A DNA stretch of 64,000 nucleotides from a virus (taxonomy: Duplodnaviria > Caudoviricetes): positions 1-64,000 of IMG/VR virus record IMGVR_UViG_2700988920_000001; one strand, written 5' to 3'. Shown one piece after another: positions 16,207 to 26,585 of this stretch. The stretch's first letter is position 1. Every line of letters begins with the position of its first letter. The notes below the pieces were generated by a model. It was not told the DNA's origin. It saw nothing but the letters and a program-made list of their open reading frames with translations, and did no database searches. A program made the position numbers and the translations under genes.

Positions 16207-18629
16207 AGCGCGGCGACACCTATATGGTGGACTTCTTCTTTACCGATACCGACGGAACGACAGACATTTCTGCTGTCACTATCGACGCTCAGGCAAGAAG
16301 AGAGATTGACGGAGCTTTGTGGTTTGACCTAAAGCCTAAAGTCGTTGACGCGTCAAAGGGGCACTTTAGAATCCACCTTACCGGAGACGAGACCAGAGCA
16401 ATAACAGAATCCCCTGTTAACTCGTTCTCAGGTATTTACGACATTCAGTTCAGTTGGCAAGGCCCATCTGAAATATACGTGTCTACCATTATCGACGGCT
16501 CTATTTCAATCTCTAAAGATGTCACTCAGCCAGTTTCGCTTATGAACACTGGGTCTAATCCTGGCGCGCCTACCCCTGCCGCGGATCAGACTGTAAACGT
16601 CTACTTCAGTCTCGATCCTGGCACGCCTAATTACAGTGACGTGGTAACTGCCGAAGAATTGACTCCAGTGCAGTATCAAATTGCAGCTTCGATGGGTTTA
16701 GCTAACGTCAATGTAATCGATGAAGTTGGCGAAGCGGTTGCGCTTACCAAAAAGTATCGAGATGAAGCAGCAGCTATCGTTACTGGCGGTACTGCAACCG
16801 TCGATCCGGAGCCAGGTAAGATCCCGTTAGCAGACGAAAAAGGTAAGATTCGCGAAGGGTGGCTTCCTGATGTAGCAGTATTTTCCTCGAAGTCTGCCGT
16901 TACCGCAGTGCAAACTCTAGCACATGAACAGTTTGCCGCTTCAGGGTTTATCAATTACGGCAAGAACATTGTAGCCAGCTTGTTCCCTACCATTAACGAG
17001 GGTTTGAATTGTCGTATCGACGCACCAGATATGCTGCTAATGGGTCGTGTCGTCACTAGTCAGCAAGGAGGTTCTTCAAAGACAGCTTACCCTGTCGTAG
17101 CCGTTGCAGGTTTCGTGGTTAAGATTTTAGGCGTTAACGATCGACCTTCTATTACAGGCGCGAGGGTTAAATTCCCAAAATCACCGGACGGTACGGTTAC
17201 TTACAATAAGTCAACGGGAGAGTCAGTAACACACGCCGACCAATCAGCCGCTTTCTTATCGGCGGACGCTGACCCTAGTGTAGAGGTTGTTACCAATCGA
17301 GTTGATGTGTATGGGTTTGAGTTCGGCAAACGAGAAATAAACCAATCCAAACCGTTTCTGTACCTATGCGGGTGTAACCAATCACAAGCTACATCCATTG
17401 ACGGTATAGATACCGTTGTAGGAGACAATAACCCGGTATTCGATGGTGACACTTCTGTAGGTAAAGGGGTTAATCTATTGAACGCAGACACCGAGCAAAG
17501 GATCCGATTAGTTAACAACCCCGACAACAATGTTTGGGTAGAAGGTGACACTATCTACCAGTTTGATGTTCAGCAAATAACTATTGCTGGCCCAGGTAAC
17601 GGAGACTGGAAGAATATTAATCCTGCTAAAGGCGACTTTTTATTCGATGACAACAGACCTGTGCTGTCAAAAGCTGGGCTACCGTTCGTTAAGTCTTCCG
17701 AACAAGGTGTGTTTGAAGACGGTAAAGGTAACTACTTCCTAGTGTGCGGGTCAGTCCCTAGACTTAACCAAGGTGCTTTCCACCCAACATACAACCCTGA
17801 AGGTGTGTCTACATTCATGGCCGGAGGAACTTGGTCTAAACCGTACTACGCTCACAACTACATAAACTCTACTGCCAGTTGTTTTAAGTTCAACCCTTCC
17901 GATTCATTGGAAGACGGATTCATTCGAACTGTTGGAGGTAAAGTCTGGGTAGGTAGCATTGAGAGCGGATCATCTGGTCACCCTAGTAATAAATCGTATG
18001 AAGTTATTTACCCTTCTGGTCAAGGAGGGGTAGTTGACTGTCGTCGATCTGCCGAAGACATGGGAAGTAGAGAGGAGGCATCTAAGATAGCAATTAAATA
18101 TGTCAATGGTTCCTACAGAGGAGAAGAACTTTACAACTCAACCACTGTTTCTGGCGAGTTTACATTTACATACACTACAGATCTGTCTGGACTAGTTACG
18201 CTGCCTAGAGAGTGTCTGGATGATACAGTAGAGTGTATCGTTGGGTCAGTACGTACAACCCTACAAGTGACTGACGGCAAGGTGACGCTACCTGACGGCG
18301 CTAAGACTGTAACGTTCACCACTAGAGCTAATGTCACAAAACCATCTAAAAATAAGCCAGTATTAAACGCATATGATGGGGTTTTAGGAGTGTTTGACGC
18401 TACAAAGAAACATACGTTGCTGGATTTTACCATAGAAAACGGAATCATATCTGACTACAACGCAGGGTCAGCTCCGTATAGTGCAAACCTCATCTATCAG
18501 ATCAGTAATAGCGGGCAAGCCTCTCTAGGTATTATTTCTGATGGAAAATATTTAGAACTCTCTACCTCTTACGGTTACACAAAGAATAAAGCTCGTGCTG
18601 GAGTACAAATACCCGGAGTCGACCTTTAA
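16170..18629 (+). CDS. tail fibre/receptor-binding protein with BppU-like N-terminus
   Basis: N-terminal VKRGDT..YDIQF..TIIDGSISISKDVT; VTGGTATVDPEPGKIPLAD linker; beta-rich C-terminus. Confidence 0.6.
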   Translation: MAKPASINLSTVKRGDTYMVDFFFTDTDGTTDISAVTIDAQARREIDGALWFDLKPKVVDASKGHFRIHLTGDETRAITESPVNSFSGIYDIQFSWQGPSEIYVSTIIDGSISISKDVTQPVSLMNTGSNPGAPTPAADQTVNVYFSLDPGTPNYSDVVTAEELTPVQYQIAASMGLANVNVIDEVGEAVALTKKYRDEAAAIVTGGTATVDPEPGKIPLADEKGKIREGWLPDVAVFSSKSAVTAVQTLAHEQFAASGFINYGKNIVASLFPTINEGLNCRIDAPDMLLMGRVVTSQQGGSSKTAYPVVAVAGFVVKILGVNDRPSITGARVKFPKSPDGTVTYNKSTGESVTHADQSAAFLSADADPSVEVVTNRVDVYGFEFGKREINQSKPFLYLCGCNQSQATSIDGIDTVVGDNNPVFDGDTSVGKGVNLLNADTEQRIRLVNNPDNNVWVEGDTIYQFDVQQITIAGPGNGDWKNINPAKGDFLFDDNRPVLSKAGLPFVKSSEQGVFEDGKGNYFLVCGSVPRLNQGAFHPTYNPEGVSTFMAGGTWSKPYYAHNYINSTASCFKFNPSDSLEDGFIRTVGGKVWVGSIESGSSGHPSNKSYEVIYPSGQGGVVDCRRSAEDMGSREEASKIAIKYVNGSYRGEELYNSTTVSGEFTFTYTTDLSGLVTLPRECLDDTVECIVGSVRTTLQVTDGKVTLPDGAKTVTFTTRANVTKPSKNKPVLNAYDGVLGVFDATKKHTLLDFTIENGIISDYNAGSAPYSANLIYQISNSGQASLGIISDGKYLELSTSYGYTKNKARAGVQIPGVDL

Positions 18630-18633
18630 TATA

Positions 18634-18663
18634 AAGGGCGTCTCATTAGACGCCCTTCTATTT
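18634..18663 (+). terminator. intrinsic terminator
   Basis: AAGGGCGTCT-catt-AGACGCCCTT plus T-rich tail. Confidence 0.65.
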
Positions 18664-18711
18664 GCTTGCTAGAATACAAAAGTCAACAGACAACTACCTT
18701 AATCAACTAAC

Positions 18712-18726
18712 TTGGTCTGAGACCAA
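18712..18726. promoter_or_regulatory. palindrome copy 6
   Basis: TTGGTCTGAGACCAA, downstream of TGcTAGAAT (18667-18675). Confidence 0.9.
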
Positions 18727-18745
18727 AACCTATAAGGACTGAACA

Positions 18746-19381
18746 ATGGCTACTGCCTCTATGAAACGTTCTGCGAAGGACGACAAAATCAATTTGTACA
18801 CAACACCGGAATGGGCAACTCAAGCGCTTATAGATACTGGCGAATTAGACGGTTGTATGTCTTTCTGGGAGCCTTGTTGCGGCATGGGACACATCTCTAA
18901 CGTCATCATTCACAATATTGAGAACCGTTGGACGCCAGGCAAGACAATCGCCTCTACTGACCTGCACGATCACGGCTATGAGTTTGGTACGCCTGACATT
19001 GACTTCCTGATGTCTAACGACATCGGTGCAGACTGTGTCATCACCAACCCACCGTTTGACCGTGTAGGGACGCACTTCTCTATGCTGAAGCATGCGCTGT
19101 CTATGCCTAACGTGAAGAAGGTGTGTTTCTTTATGCCTATGCAATTTCTTGAAACACCTTACCGTGCTAAGTGGCTGATGGATACTGAATGTCTTGTTCG
19201 CGTATGGTCGTTTGCTGATCGCGTTAAATGTTTGACCAAAGGCGATGAATCTCTGTCAAAGGACAACACAGCTAAACACTTTGCTTGGTTTGTCTTCGAG
19301 AAGAACCACTACGGTGACGCGGCTATTGGTTATCTGTTCAAGCCTGACGAAATGCGCCGAGGTAAGAAAAATGCAAAATAG
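18746..19381 (+). CDS. DNA N6-adenine methyltransferase (phage type)
   Basis: YTTPEW, WEPCCGMG, ITNPPF. Confidence 0.8.
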   Translation: MATASMKRSAKDDKINLYTTPEWATQALIDTGELDGCMSFWEPCCGMGHISNVIIHNIENRWTPGKTIASTDLHDHGYEFGTPDIDFLMSNDIGADCVITNPPFDRVGTHFSMLKHALSMPNVKKVCFFMPMQFLETPYRAKWLMDTECLVRVWSFADRVKCLTKGDESLSKDNTAKHFAWFVFEKNHYGDAAIGYLFKPDEMRRGKKNAK

Positions 19382-19892
19382 ATACTTCATGTTTAAAAGT
19401 CGTTTCATCTCTCACGAGATCATTACTCGATTCAACGAACTTAACAACGAGCGCGAAGCTATTCTGAGCAGTCTTCGAGAACAATTCGGGTTGGTAGGCT
19501 TCGTTTTTAACCCAGACGGAACGCCAAAATACCTTCTGAAAGAGTTGATGTCAGACTTCGATGAAGACCGATTTTCTCCTGGCCGTATCAACCGATCAGG
19601 TAACGACTTCTTAGGGCTAGAACCTACTGACGCTGAGATTGTCGCGGTATGTAAGAGCGCTGTGTCGATCTCTTTGTCAGAAGTTGTGTTGGATTGTCTT
19701 GAGTTTAAACCACAAACACACCTGCACGGAGAACCTTCTCCTGAGATTAAACTTGTTGAAGGTATCATCATGGTAAAAGTCATTGAGTACAACGACTTAC
19801 CCTATGACCCACCTGTCTCGTTTGTGGAAATCTCAGAGAGCCTGTACAATGCTCCTATCTTGAAGTTGTTAGAGAAACATCTAACCGAATAA
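19371..19892 (+). CDS. hypothetical protein
   Basis: GAGGT RBS before ATG 19371. Confidence 0.65.
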   Translation: MQNRYFMFKSRFISHEIITRFNELNNEREAILSSLREQFGLVGFVFNPDGTPKYLLKELMSDFDEDRFSPGRINRSGNDFLGLEPTDAEIVAVCKSAVSISLSEVVLDCLEFKPQTHLHGEPSPEIKLVEGIIMVKVIEYNDLPYDPPVSFVEISESLYNAPILKLLEKHLTE

Positions 19893-19916
19893 AATCAAAA
19901 CCTGTAAGGACTTAGC

Positions 19917-20399
19917 ATGAAGATACTCGACGCATACCACTTCGATGTCGAGGCCAGGAACGTAAACGACCAAGCTCAAAACCAACACCTTGAGTATATT
20001 TTAGGCTTGGTCGTAGGCTGTAAAGACTTAGGTGCGATAGACGCCAGCACGACAATTTACGTACCGTACGACCTTTGGGTTGTACATGGCGGAAAAGGCT
20101 GCATTACCCCTTACGGCGTACAGCTAGTCCATGGCTTAGATGAGGTGTGTACCAGTTTGGAAGGTAAGCACATCCCAAGACGAAACTTTTTGGTCCCAGA
20201 CCAAGCCTCACCCACCGGACAGATAGTACGAAAGCACTTCTGCTCTTACGCGATAAACCCGTCTGGAATGATGACAAAAATCAATGACAGACCTTATTGT
20301 GGACAACGTGGAAAAGGTGAAGAAGTTACTTATGTTCTTGACGAAGTTACTTGCCCAGAGTGTCTTATGGAGTTAAAACAGGTGAATCAATCTCATTAA
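19917..20399 (+). CDS. hypothetical protein with C-terminal Zn-finger-like motif
   Basis: H..YCG...VTCPEC; contains one-mismatch palindrome TTGGTCCCAGACCAA at 20190-20204. Confidence 0.65.
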   Translation: MKILDAYHFDVEARNVNDQAQNQHLEYILGLVVGCKDLGAIDASTTIYVPYDLWVVHGGKGCITPYGVQLVHGLDEVCTSLEGKHIPRRNFLVPDQASPTGQIVRKHFCSYAINPSGMMTKINDRPYCGQRGKGEEVTYVLDEVTCPECLMELKQVNQSH

Positions 20400-20425
20400 C
20401 CCCCAAAAAAGAAGGAGACTCACCC

Positions 20426-20836
20426 ATGGGTGACCTAACCAAGAATATTAGTAGGCACGAGGTGGCATGTAAGTGCGATGGCCGATTTGGCCCATGTAAC
20501 GCGCAAACTATGGATTGGGAAACCATCCAGGTAGTGCAGGAAGCTTGCGACCACTTCGCTAAGAAGCTAGGGCTGAACAAGGTTACGCTAATCATTAACA
20601 GCGGCTGTCGCTGCCAGCCTTACAATGACAAACCTAAATCTGAAGGTGGCGTAGGCGCGACTAAAGGTAGCTACCATAAGTTGTTCTGCGCTTTGGACCA
20701 CAAGATCACTCAGATCACACCCAAAGAATTGTATGAGTACTACATCGAAAAATACCCTGGCAAGTACGGCATCGCCTTGTACTCAAAATCTGGCTTCGTA
20801 CACTTAGACTCACGACCATATAAGGCACGTTGGTAA
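20426..20836 (+). CDS. endolysin, peptidase M15 family
   Basis: EVACKC, SGCRC..YN, SYH...ALD, FVHLDSR. Confidence 0.85.
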   Translation: MGDLTKNISRHEVACKCDGRFGPCNAQTMDWETIQVVQEACDHFAKKLGLNKVTLIINSGCRCQPYNDKPKSEGGVGATKGSYHKLFCALDHKITQITPKELYEYYIEKYPGKYGIALYSKSGFVHLDSRPYKARW

Positions 20837-20838
20837 TT

Positions 20839-21195
20839 ATGAATAAACCGCAAAGATTGATCTTAAATCTGAAGGGCGGTGATGAGGTGAGGCTTGGCGG
20901 CCTCACCCTATTGACTGTTCACGAAGTCGGTCAGCCTATGCTGAAAGCGACTATCTCAGCTCAAATCCTAAAAGGTGATGAGCACTGTATCTTCGACCAC
21001 AACGAAGACAACTGGAAAGACTTAGAGTCTCTGGATTCTGTTGTTGTTGGTCTTGGTGACCGTTTACTTATCGGTACGGTCGAAATTCTGGTAGCATCTA
21101 TCAGCAAACGATACGGCGAAGTGCGTCTGTCGTTTCAGTCATATGACGAAGAGACTGCTAAGCTTTTGAAAAACCTAAAGGAATCATTACGATGA
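20839..21195 (+). CDS. hypothetical protein, possible tandem CsrA-like fold
   Basis: two segments resembling the CsrA beta-strand pattern; see findings. Confidence 0.4.
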   Translation: MNKPQRLILNLKGGDEVRLGGLTLLTVHEVGQPMLKATISAQILKGDEHCIFDHNEDNWKDLESLDSVVVGLGDRLLIGTVEILVASISKRYGEVRLSFQSYDEETAKLLKNLKESLR

Positions 21196-21791
21196 AAAAG
21201 TCTACACCCAACAACCCTTTCGCTGGCACTGTACTAGAAGCGAAACTTGATGATCTGCCATTTACTTACCCAGAGCTTGCTATGCGCACTAACAAGCCTG
21301 GCGCAGAGATGGAAATGCCTAAAAAACTGTGGCAAGCGCTGAACACGGCTTACCCTCAAATCATGGACGCTTGTTTCAAAGCTGATCGTCTTAAATCCTC
21401 TTTGGTCTACGGCGCTAAGCTTCGAGATTTCAATTACAGTGCTTTCCCAGCACCGCAGCGCAAACTTAAGCCTAGCGAGCTAGAACTGCTTCACGCAATC
21501 CTAGGCATCATCTCAGAAGGCGGTGAGCTGCTTCAGATGTACATGGATCGTCTTAACTCTGGTCACCCAATTGACCGCACTAACGCGGTAGAAGAGATCG
21601 GCGATCTAGAGTGGTTCATGCAGCTAGCGCGTAAGTCTGTCATCTGTACGCAAGAAGAAACAATGATGATCAACATCAAAAAACTTGCTGAACGCTTCCC
21701 TGACGGCTTCTCTGAAGAAATGGCTCTAGTCCGTAACGAAGAAGCAGAGCGCAAACTTCTTGAAGAAGAAACCAAAAAGTTAGACAAATAA
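21192..21791 (+). CDS. MazG-like NTP pyrophosphohydrolase
   Basis: LGIISEGGEL...EEIGDLEWF...NIKKLAERFPDGF. Confidence 0.85.
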   Translation: MKKSTPNNPFAGTVLEAKLDDLPFTYPELAMRTNKPGAEMEMPKKLWQALNTAYPQIMDACFKADRLKSSLVYGAKLRDFNYSAFPAPQRKLKPSELELLHAILGIISEGGELLQMYMDRLNSGHPIDRTNAVEEIGDLEWFMQLARKSVICTQEETMMINIKKLAERFPDGFSEEMALVRNEEAERKLLEEETKKLDK

Positions 21792-21817
21792 CAACCAACG
21801 ATACCCGTAGAGGACTT

Positions 21818-23170
21818 ATGACTTTCAAACTTAATCAAGGCCAACTTCACGCTGAACAACGTTTACGCGAGTTTATGGCTGACCCAAACCGTCAAGTTAT
21901 CATTGTTGTTGGCCCTGGCGGTTCTGGTAAAACTCACAGTACCGCTGATTTCGTAGGCAAGAACTTTGACCAACTTAAGCCTGTGTGTCTGACTGCACCG
22001 ACAAACAAAGCCACTGGGGTACTTGGTAACTTTGCTAAGGATGTTGGTCGCTTCATCCCTACTATGACCATCTACAAGTTGTTAGGTATCGTGGTAGGTG
22101 CTGACGGTGAAGAGAAAACCACCTTCTCTGCGCACGACGGTATGCTTGATCGATTCAAGACCGTCATTCTTGATGAAGGCTCTATGGCCGGGTACGTTCT
22201 GTGTAACAAGATCCGCGACAAACTGGAAGAGAACCCATACGTCAAGATCATTGTGATGATGGACAAGTGCCAGCTTCCGCCAGTTAACGAAACCATGACT
22301 CAGTTACTTGAGTTTGGTGAAGTGATTGAGCTGACAGAAGACATGCGCTCAGGCAACGGCCCACTGCTTCAAGTTAAGCGTGCAGTGCGTGACATCACCC
22401 TTGCTCGCCTTAAAGGCAAGCTGACTAAAGAGATTTCTCACAAGTTCGAGACTCACGTAGAAGGCGAAGACCAGTCAGGTGTTCACCTGTTAACAGGTAA
22501 AGATTTCGATGACGCTATGCTAGATCAGTTCGACACTGAAGAGTATCGCAACGACCCTAATACGGTTCGAGCGCTGGCATGGACTAACAAAGAAGTTGAT
22601 CGCATGAACCGCATCATCCGAAGTCGTATCTATGGCAAAGGGTGTGAAGCGTATGTGGTTGGTGAACGCATCTGTGTTCTTACGCCTGTGCGCGGTGAGA
22701 ACGATGAGCCTATCTTAGATACTGACGAAGAAGTTACCGTCAAGTCTCTTGAAGTGGTTGATTACGTTGACTACACAGACCAAGACGCCACTGACGACGT
22801 ACGACGCACATATAAAGCTTTTCGTGCAGAGTTAGAACGCGCTAATGGTCAAGTCGTTAAGGTGCATCTGCTTCACCCTGACAGCAAACGCAAGTTCGAG
22901 CGTCGTCTTAGCTTCATTGCTGACCAATGTCACGCTAAGAAACGTCCTTGGAAGCAGTTCTGGGCATTCAAAGAAGAGTTGTTCGTCAACGCACGACCAG
23001 CGCACGCTCTGACTATACACAAGAGCCAGGGCCAGACGTTTAAGTGTGTATTCTTGAACCTCCGTGATGCCATGAACAACAAGAATAACGTTGAACGTTC
23101 TCAGCTTGTCTATGTTGGTGTGTCTCGCCCGACCACTGACCTCGTAGTTAACCTCAAAACTTTCTACTGA
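21818..23170 (+). CDS. SF1B helicase (Dda/RecD-like)
   Basis: GPGGSGKT, APTNKA, DEGSM, QLPPV, TIHKSQG, YVGVSR. Confidence 0.9.
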   Translation: MTFKLNQGQLHAEQRLREFMADPNRQVIIVVGPGGSGKTHSTADFVGKNFDQLKPVCLTAPTNKATGVLGNFAKDVGRFIPTMTIYKLLGIVVGADGEEKTTFSAHDGMLDRFKTVILDEGSMAGYVLCNKIRDKLEENPYVKIIVMMDKCQLPPVNETMTQLLEFGEVIELTEDMRSGNGPLLQVKRAVRDITLARLKGKLTKEISHKFETHVEGEDQSGVHLLTGKDFDDAMLDQFDTEEYRNDPNTVRALAWTNKEVDRMNRIIRSRIYGKGCEAYVVGERICVLTPVRGENDEPILDTDEEVTVKSLEVVDYVDYTDQDATDDVRRTYKAFRAELERANGQVVKVHLLHPDSKRKFERRLSFIADQCHAKKRPWKQFWAFKEELFVNARPAHALTIHKSQGQTFKCVFLNLRDAMNNKNNVERSQLVYVGVSRPTTDLVVNLKTFY

Positions 23171-23183
23171 TAGGTTTGTTTAA

Positions 23184-23212
23184 TTGACGGCTACTTCGTT
23201 TAGGAGTAGCCT
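23184..23212 (+). promoter_or_regulatory. sigma70-like promoter
   Basis: TTGACG-17-TAGCCT. Confidence 0.45.
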
Positions 23213-23248
23213 TATCATTCAATCATCTAATCAATAGAGGTTAATACC

Positions 23249-23536
23249 ATGAAACTACTTAAAAAAGGCTCGCCAGAGTGGAATATGCGCGTTAAACAAT
23301 CTACGTCGTACAACGAGCGAATCGACTACGAAAAAATCAAAGAAACGCTCGAAAATGCAGAAGCTGAAGACTGCATCCAAATCAATTGTCAGCACCGTCA
23401 CCGCTCTAACCTAGTAGCAGGGTTGACCCGTAAAGGACTTATTCAAAAACAAGACTACAAACTTAGCCTATCTAAAGATGAAGAAGATGAAGAGATCATC
23501 CTTATCGAAAAACTAGAGGTTAAGTCTGCCAAGTAG
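23249..23536 (+). CDS. hypothetical protein
   Basis: GAGG RBS. Confidence 0.7.
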   Translation: MKLLKKGSPEWNMRVKQSTSYNERIDYEKIKETLENAEAEDCIQINCQHRHRSNLVAGLTRKGLIQKQDYKLSLSKDEEDEEIILIEKLEVKSAK

Positions 23537-23559
23537 TCCACAGTTCAAGGAGTACAGGC

Positions 23560-26523
23560 GTGTACTTATTTTACCAACAATCAACTGAGAAAGACGACGA
23601 AGGCCGTGGAGAGAGCTGGAAAAGCCTTAAAGACTCTCCTGATGCACGCGAAGCTTTAGCTGGTAGAGAAGTCCAAATGGTCTCAATGTTGGCTATCTCT
23701 AGCACCAATGCGGACTTGGACTACGAAAGCCTCAAATATCGAGGCGACTTGTATTTCGATATTGACAACGAAAACTTAGAAATCTCAATCGCTTCCACCA
23801 TAGAGCTGGTAAAAAAGCTGGAAGAGAAGGGAGTTTACGACTACGTAATCTACCTATCAGGCAAGAAAGGGTTTCACGTCACGGTCCCTGCTAAGGTATT
23901 CAACAGCAGCAATGCGAGCGGCGTTAAGTGGCTCCCCTATATCTATGGTAAAATGGCGTTTACCCATTTCGCTGTAGAAGGTTTAGACCCGTCAGTATAC
24001 TCAGGCGGCAAAGGCAGACTTTGGCGTCAACCTAACGTCAAGCGACAGGATAACGGCCAATATAAAGTGCCTATTCGTCGCTCAGACTTAGACGGCATGA
24101 CAGTCGAGTCATACAAAGAACTTGCTTCAAAACCAAATCACGATCTACTTAGCCACCTGGAAAAGCAGGAAGTAAAACTCAACTTAGATATGGCAACGAT
24201 TTTTGAAGAAGCTGCCATTGTCGTTAAGAAAGAGATGGAAGAAAAAGAATCGTACCGTTACGAGTCTATTCCTGAACTGGAGATGTTGAGTGAAGTCCCT
24301 GGCTGTATCCAGAAACTGGTGGACGGTGAAGACGTTAAAGAAGGCGCTAACTTCAACAAAGCGGCGATGAACCTGGCTGGTTACTTAAAGTCAACCAACA
24401 AGATCGGAACTGACTTAGCAGAAGACCTAAGTGCTCGTCTGGCGTCTCACAACCATTACGGAAGTGCTTCGTACACAAACGAGCGTGCAAGACGACAACA
24501 CCTTAAAGGTGCAATTCGTCGAGCTAAGCACGATAAAGCGATGGGATGTAACCCGGCTTACATCCTTTCCTCTGTTGAACGTTGTGGGGGGTGTGTCATC
24601 TGTGACGGCACACTGGACAAACGCAAAGACAAAGGCAAGAAAAAGGGTAAAGAAGAATGGAACAACGGAGAAGCTGAAGATGGCCTCCGCCATAACATCT
24701 TCGAGCAAGGGTGTGCGTATTTAAAGCAGTACGGTCCGCGCTCAATCAAAACGTTGACGACATTCTTAATTGAACCAGAATCGGCAGATATCTACTACAA
24801 CCAAGAGATGCGAGGCTTTCGCCGTGAGTCTTTAAAGTGTGTGATCAGATACCAAGCCGGTGACGGCGAAGAAAAGACCGCTAGAGTGATCATAGAAGAG
24901 GATGCTTGGGATAGTCCCTCACTGTTCAAGAAGCAGTTTTCAGGCATCGACAACCTTGCAATCACTTGTAGCGAAGATGACCTTGCAGATTTGAGGCACC
25001 ACATTATGTCAAAGCACAATGATATCGACACGTCTATCCGTACCCAGACAATCGGTCTAGACGTAAAAGAGATACCATGTGGCGACAAAATGTCTAAGGT
25101 GCTTGTGTATACAGAGCCTGGCTACACGGCGTCTGGTAACGTGGTACGCGTTCCGGTTCATTACGAATCAGACGCACGTAGTCAGATAGTAGGCCAACCT
25201 GAAATACATAAAGCACCAGACTTGAACCCAAACGACAAAGACGACGTACGTGTCTGTAAAGACATCTTCAAAGTTAATGAAGCTTGGGTTTGCGCTACGA
25301 TGGTAGGCTGGATGTCGGCTACAGCGTTAAAGCCGCATATCACCAGCATCAATAACGAGTTCCCTTTGTTGGCTGTTACTGGTCGACCTGGTACTGGTAA
25401 GACGACTATCGCGTCACTTATGGCTGACTTGGCCGGGTGTACGTACGGACAGACTGGCGAACCAGCTTCTGCTAACTCAAGTCCCGCATTTATTGAACGT
25501 TACATTGCAACGTCTACATCAACACCACGCCTGCTAGACGAGTGTAATATGCCAGCGTTCCGGTCTAACCCTAAATTGTTGGAAACGATGAAGATGGTAT
25601 GGAACGGTCTAGAGATCGGTAAAGGCAGTGTGGCTGGCTCTTCTGCTAAAGCTGCAATTGCTACTCGCTCGATTCGAATGTCTGGCCCACTAGCATACAT
25701 CTCTGAGCAACCGCAGCAGGATGACGCACTTCGCCAACGTTCTATCGAAGTCATTATGACGATGACTTCTCACGGTACGACGCAGACAGGCGAGCATATC
25801 CCTCGCGATGAGCTTCCTAAAGATGTGCTGGAGATCGTAGATAGTTTTGAGTGGGTAACTGAACACGAACAACGCGCAAGACTTCGCGGCATTGCCAAGC
25901 TTATGATCCACCAAGCGCTTAAGACTAAGAAAAGTTGGGTGCGCGACAAGCTGAAGTATTATGCTGAAGTTATTCGCGCGGCGCGCTGTCACGGACGACA
26001 AAAGTACGGTTGGCGCATTATTCTTATGGGTCTGGACCTGTACGAGATTTCGCTAGCTGGACGCGGCATCGACGTTTCTACTGAAGTCGCTCATGCGCGT
26101 CATGTGATCATCAACCGATTGCTAGACGACAAAGTCACTGACACTGGTAACGTGAACGTTAACACTGACGTTATCAAGTTCGTAGGTGCTATGGCTGAGC
26201 GTAGTGCAGTCGCTGAGATTCGCGAGAACGACAGTAAGATACTCATTGTCCGTGACGCGGAATACACTAAGACAGACTGCCACCTCATCTTGTCGATAGA
26301 CGCGGTCTGGTATGCGATAGCTCAACAGGCTAGAACATCTGGCGTTAACCTTAAGTTTGGTCGATGTGACCAGTTCGTATCAGCGATCAAGACGGAAGAG
26401 TATTTCGTCAACTACGCTGGCGGCCTACTGACACTAGACCTTCACAAACTTAAAGAAGCTGGCGTTAATACGAACTTCTTCTACACAGACGAAGAGTTTG
26501 AAGATAAAGCTAGCGGCTGTTAG
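23560..26523 (+). CDS. AEP-type primase fused to P-loop helicase
   Basis: DLYFDID, SGKKGFHV, Cys cluster CGGCVIC, Walker A GRPGTGKT, LLDE. Confidence 0.8.
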   Translation: MYLFYQQSTEKDDEGRGESWKSLKDSPDAREALAGREVQMVSMLAISSTNADLDYESLKYRGDLYFDIDNENLEISIASTIELVKKLEEKGVYDYVIYLSGKKGFHVTVPAKVFNSSNASGVKWLPYIYGKMAFTHFAVEGLDPSVYSGGKGRLWRQPNVKRQDNGQYKVPIRRSDLDGMTVESYKELASKPNHDLLSHLEKQEVKLNLDMATIFEEAAIVVKKEMEEKESYRYESIPELEMLSEVPGCIQKLVDGEDVKEGANFNKAAMNLAGYLKSTNKIGTDLAEDLSARLASHNHYGSASYTNERARRQHLKGAIRRAKHDKAMGCNPAYILSSVERCGGCVICDGTLDKRKDKGKKKGKEEWNNGEAEDGLRHNIFEQGCAYLKQYGPRSIKTLTTFLIEPESADIYYNQEMRGFRRESLKCVIRYQAGDGEEKTARVIIEEDAWDSPSLFKKQFSGIDNLAITCSEDDLADLRHHIMSKHNDIDTSIRTQTIGLDVKEIPCGDKMSKVLVYTEPGYTASGNVVRVPVHYESDARSQIVGQPEIHKAPDLNPNDKDDVRVCKDIFKVNEAWVCATMVGWMSATALKPHITSINNEFPLLAVTGRPGTGKTTIASLMADLAGCTYGQTGEPASANSSPAFIERYIATSTSTPRLLDECNMPAFRSNPKLLETMKMVWNGLEIGKGSVAGSSAKAAIATRSIRMSGPLAYISEQPQQDDALRQRSIEVIMTMTSHGTTQTGEHIPRDELPKDVLEIVDSFEWVTEHEQRARLRGIAKLMIHQALKTKKSWVRDKLKYYAEVIRAARCHGRQKYGWRIILMGLDLYEISLAGRGIDVSTEVAHARHVIINRLLDDKVTDTGNVNVNTDVIKFVGAMAERSAVAEIRENDSKILIVRDAEYTKTDCHLILSIDAVWYAIAQQARTSGVNLKFGRCDQFVSAIKTEEYFVNYAGGLLTLDLHKLKEAGVNTNFFYTDEEFEDKASGC

Positions 26524-26524
26524 T

Positions 26525-26539
26525 TTGGTCTGAGACCAA
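26525..26539. promoter_or_regulatory. palindrome copy 7
   Basis: TTGGTCTGAGACCAA immediately after the primase stop codon. Confidence 0.9.
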
Positions 26540-26585
26540 AAGTATTTAGCCCCGTATTAGGGGCTTTAACCTGTAAGGATTAAAA

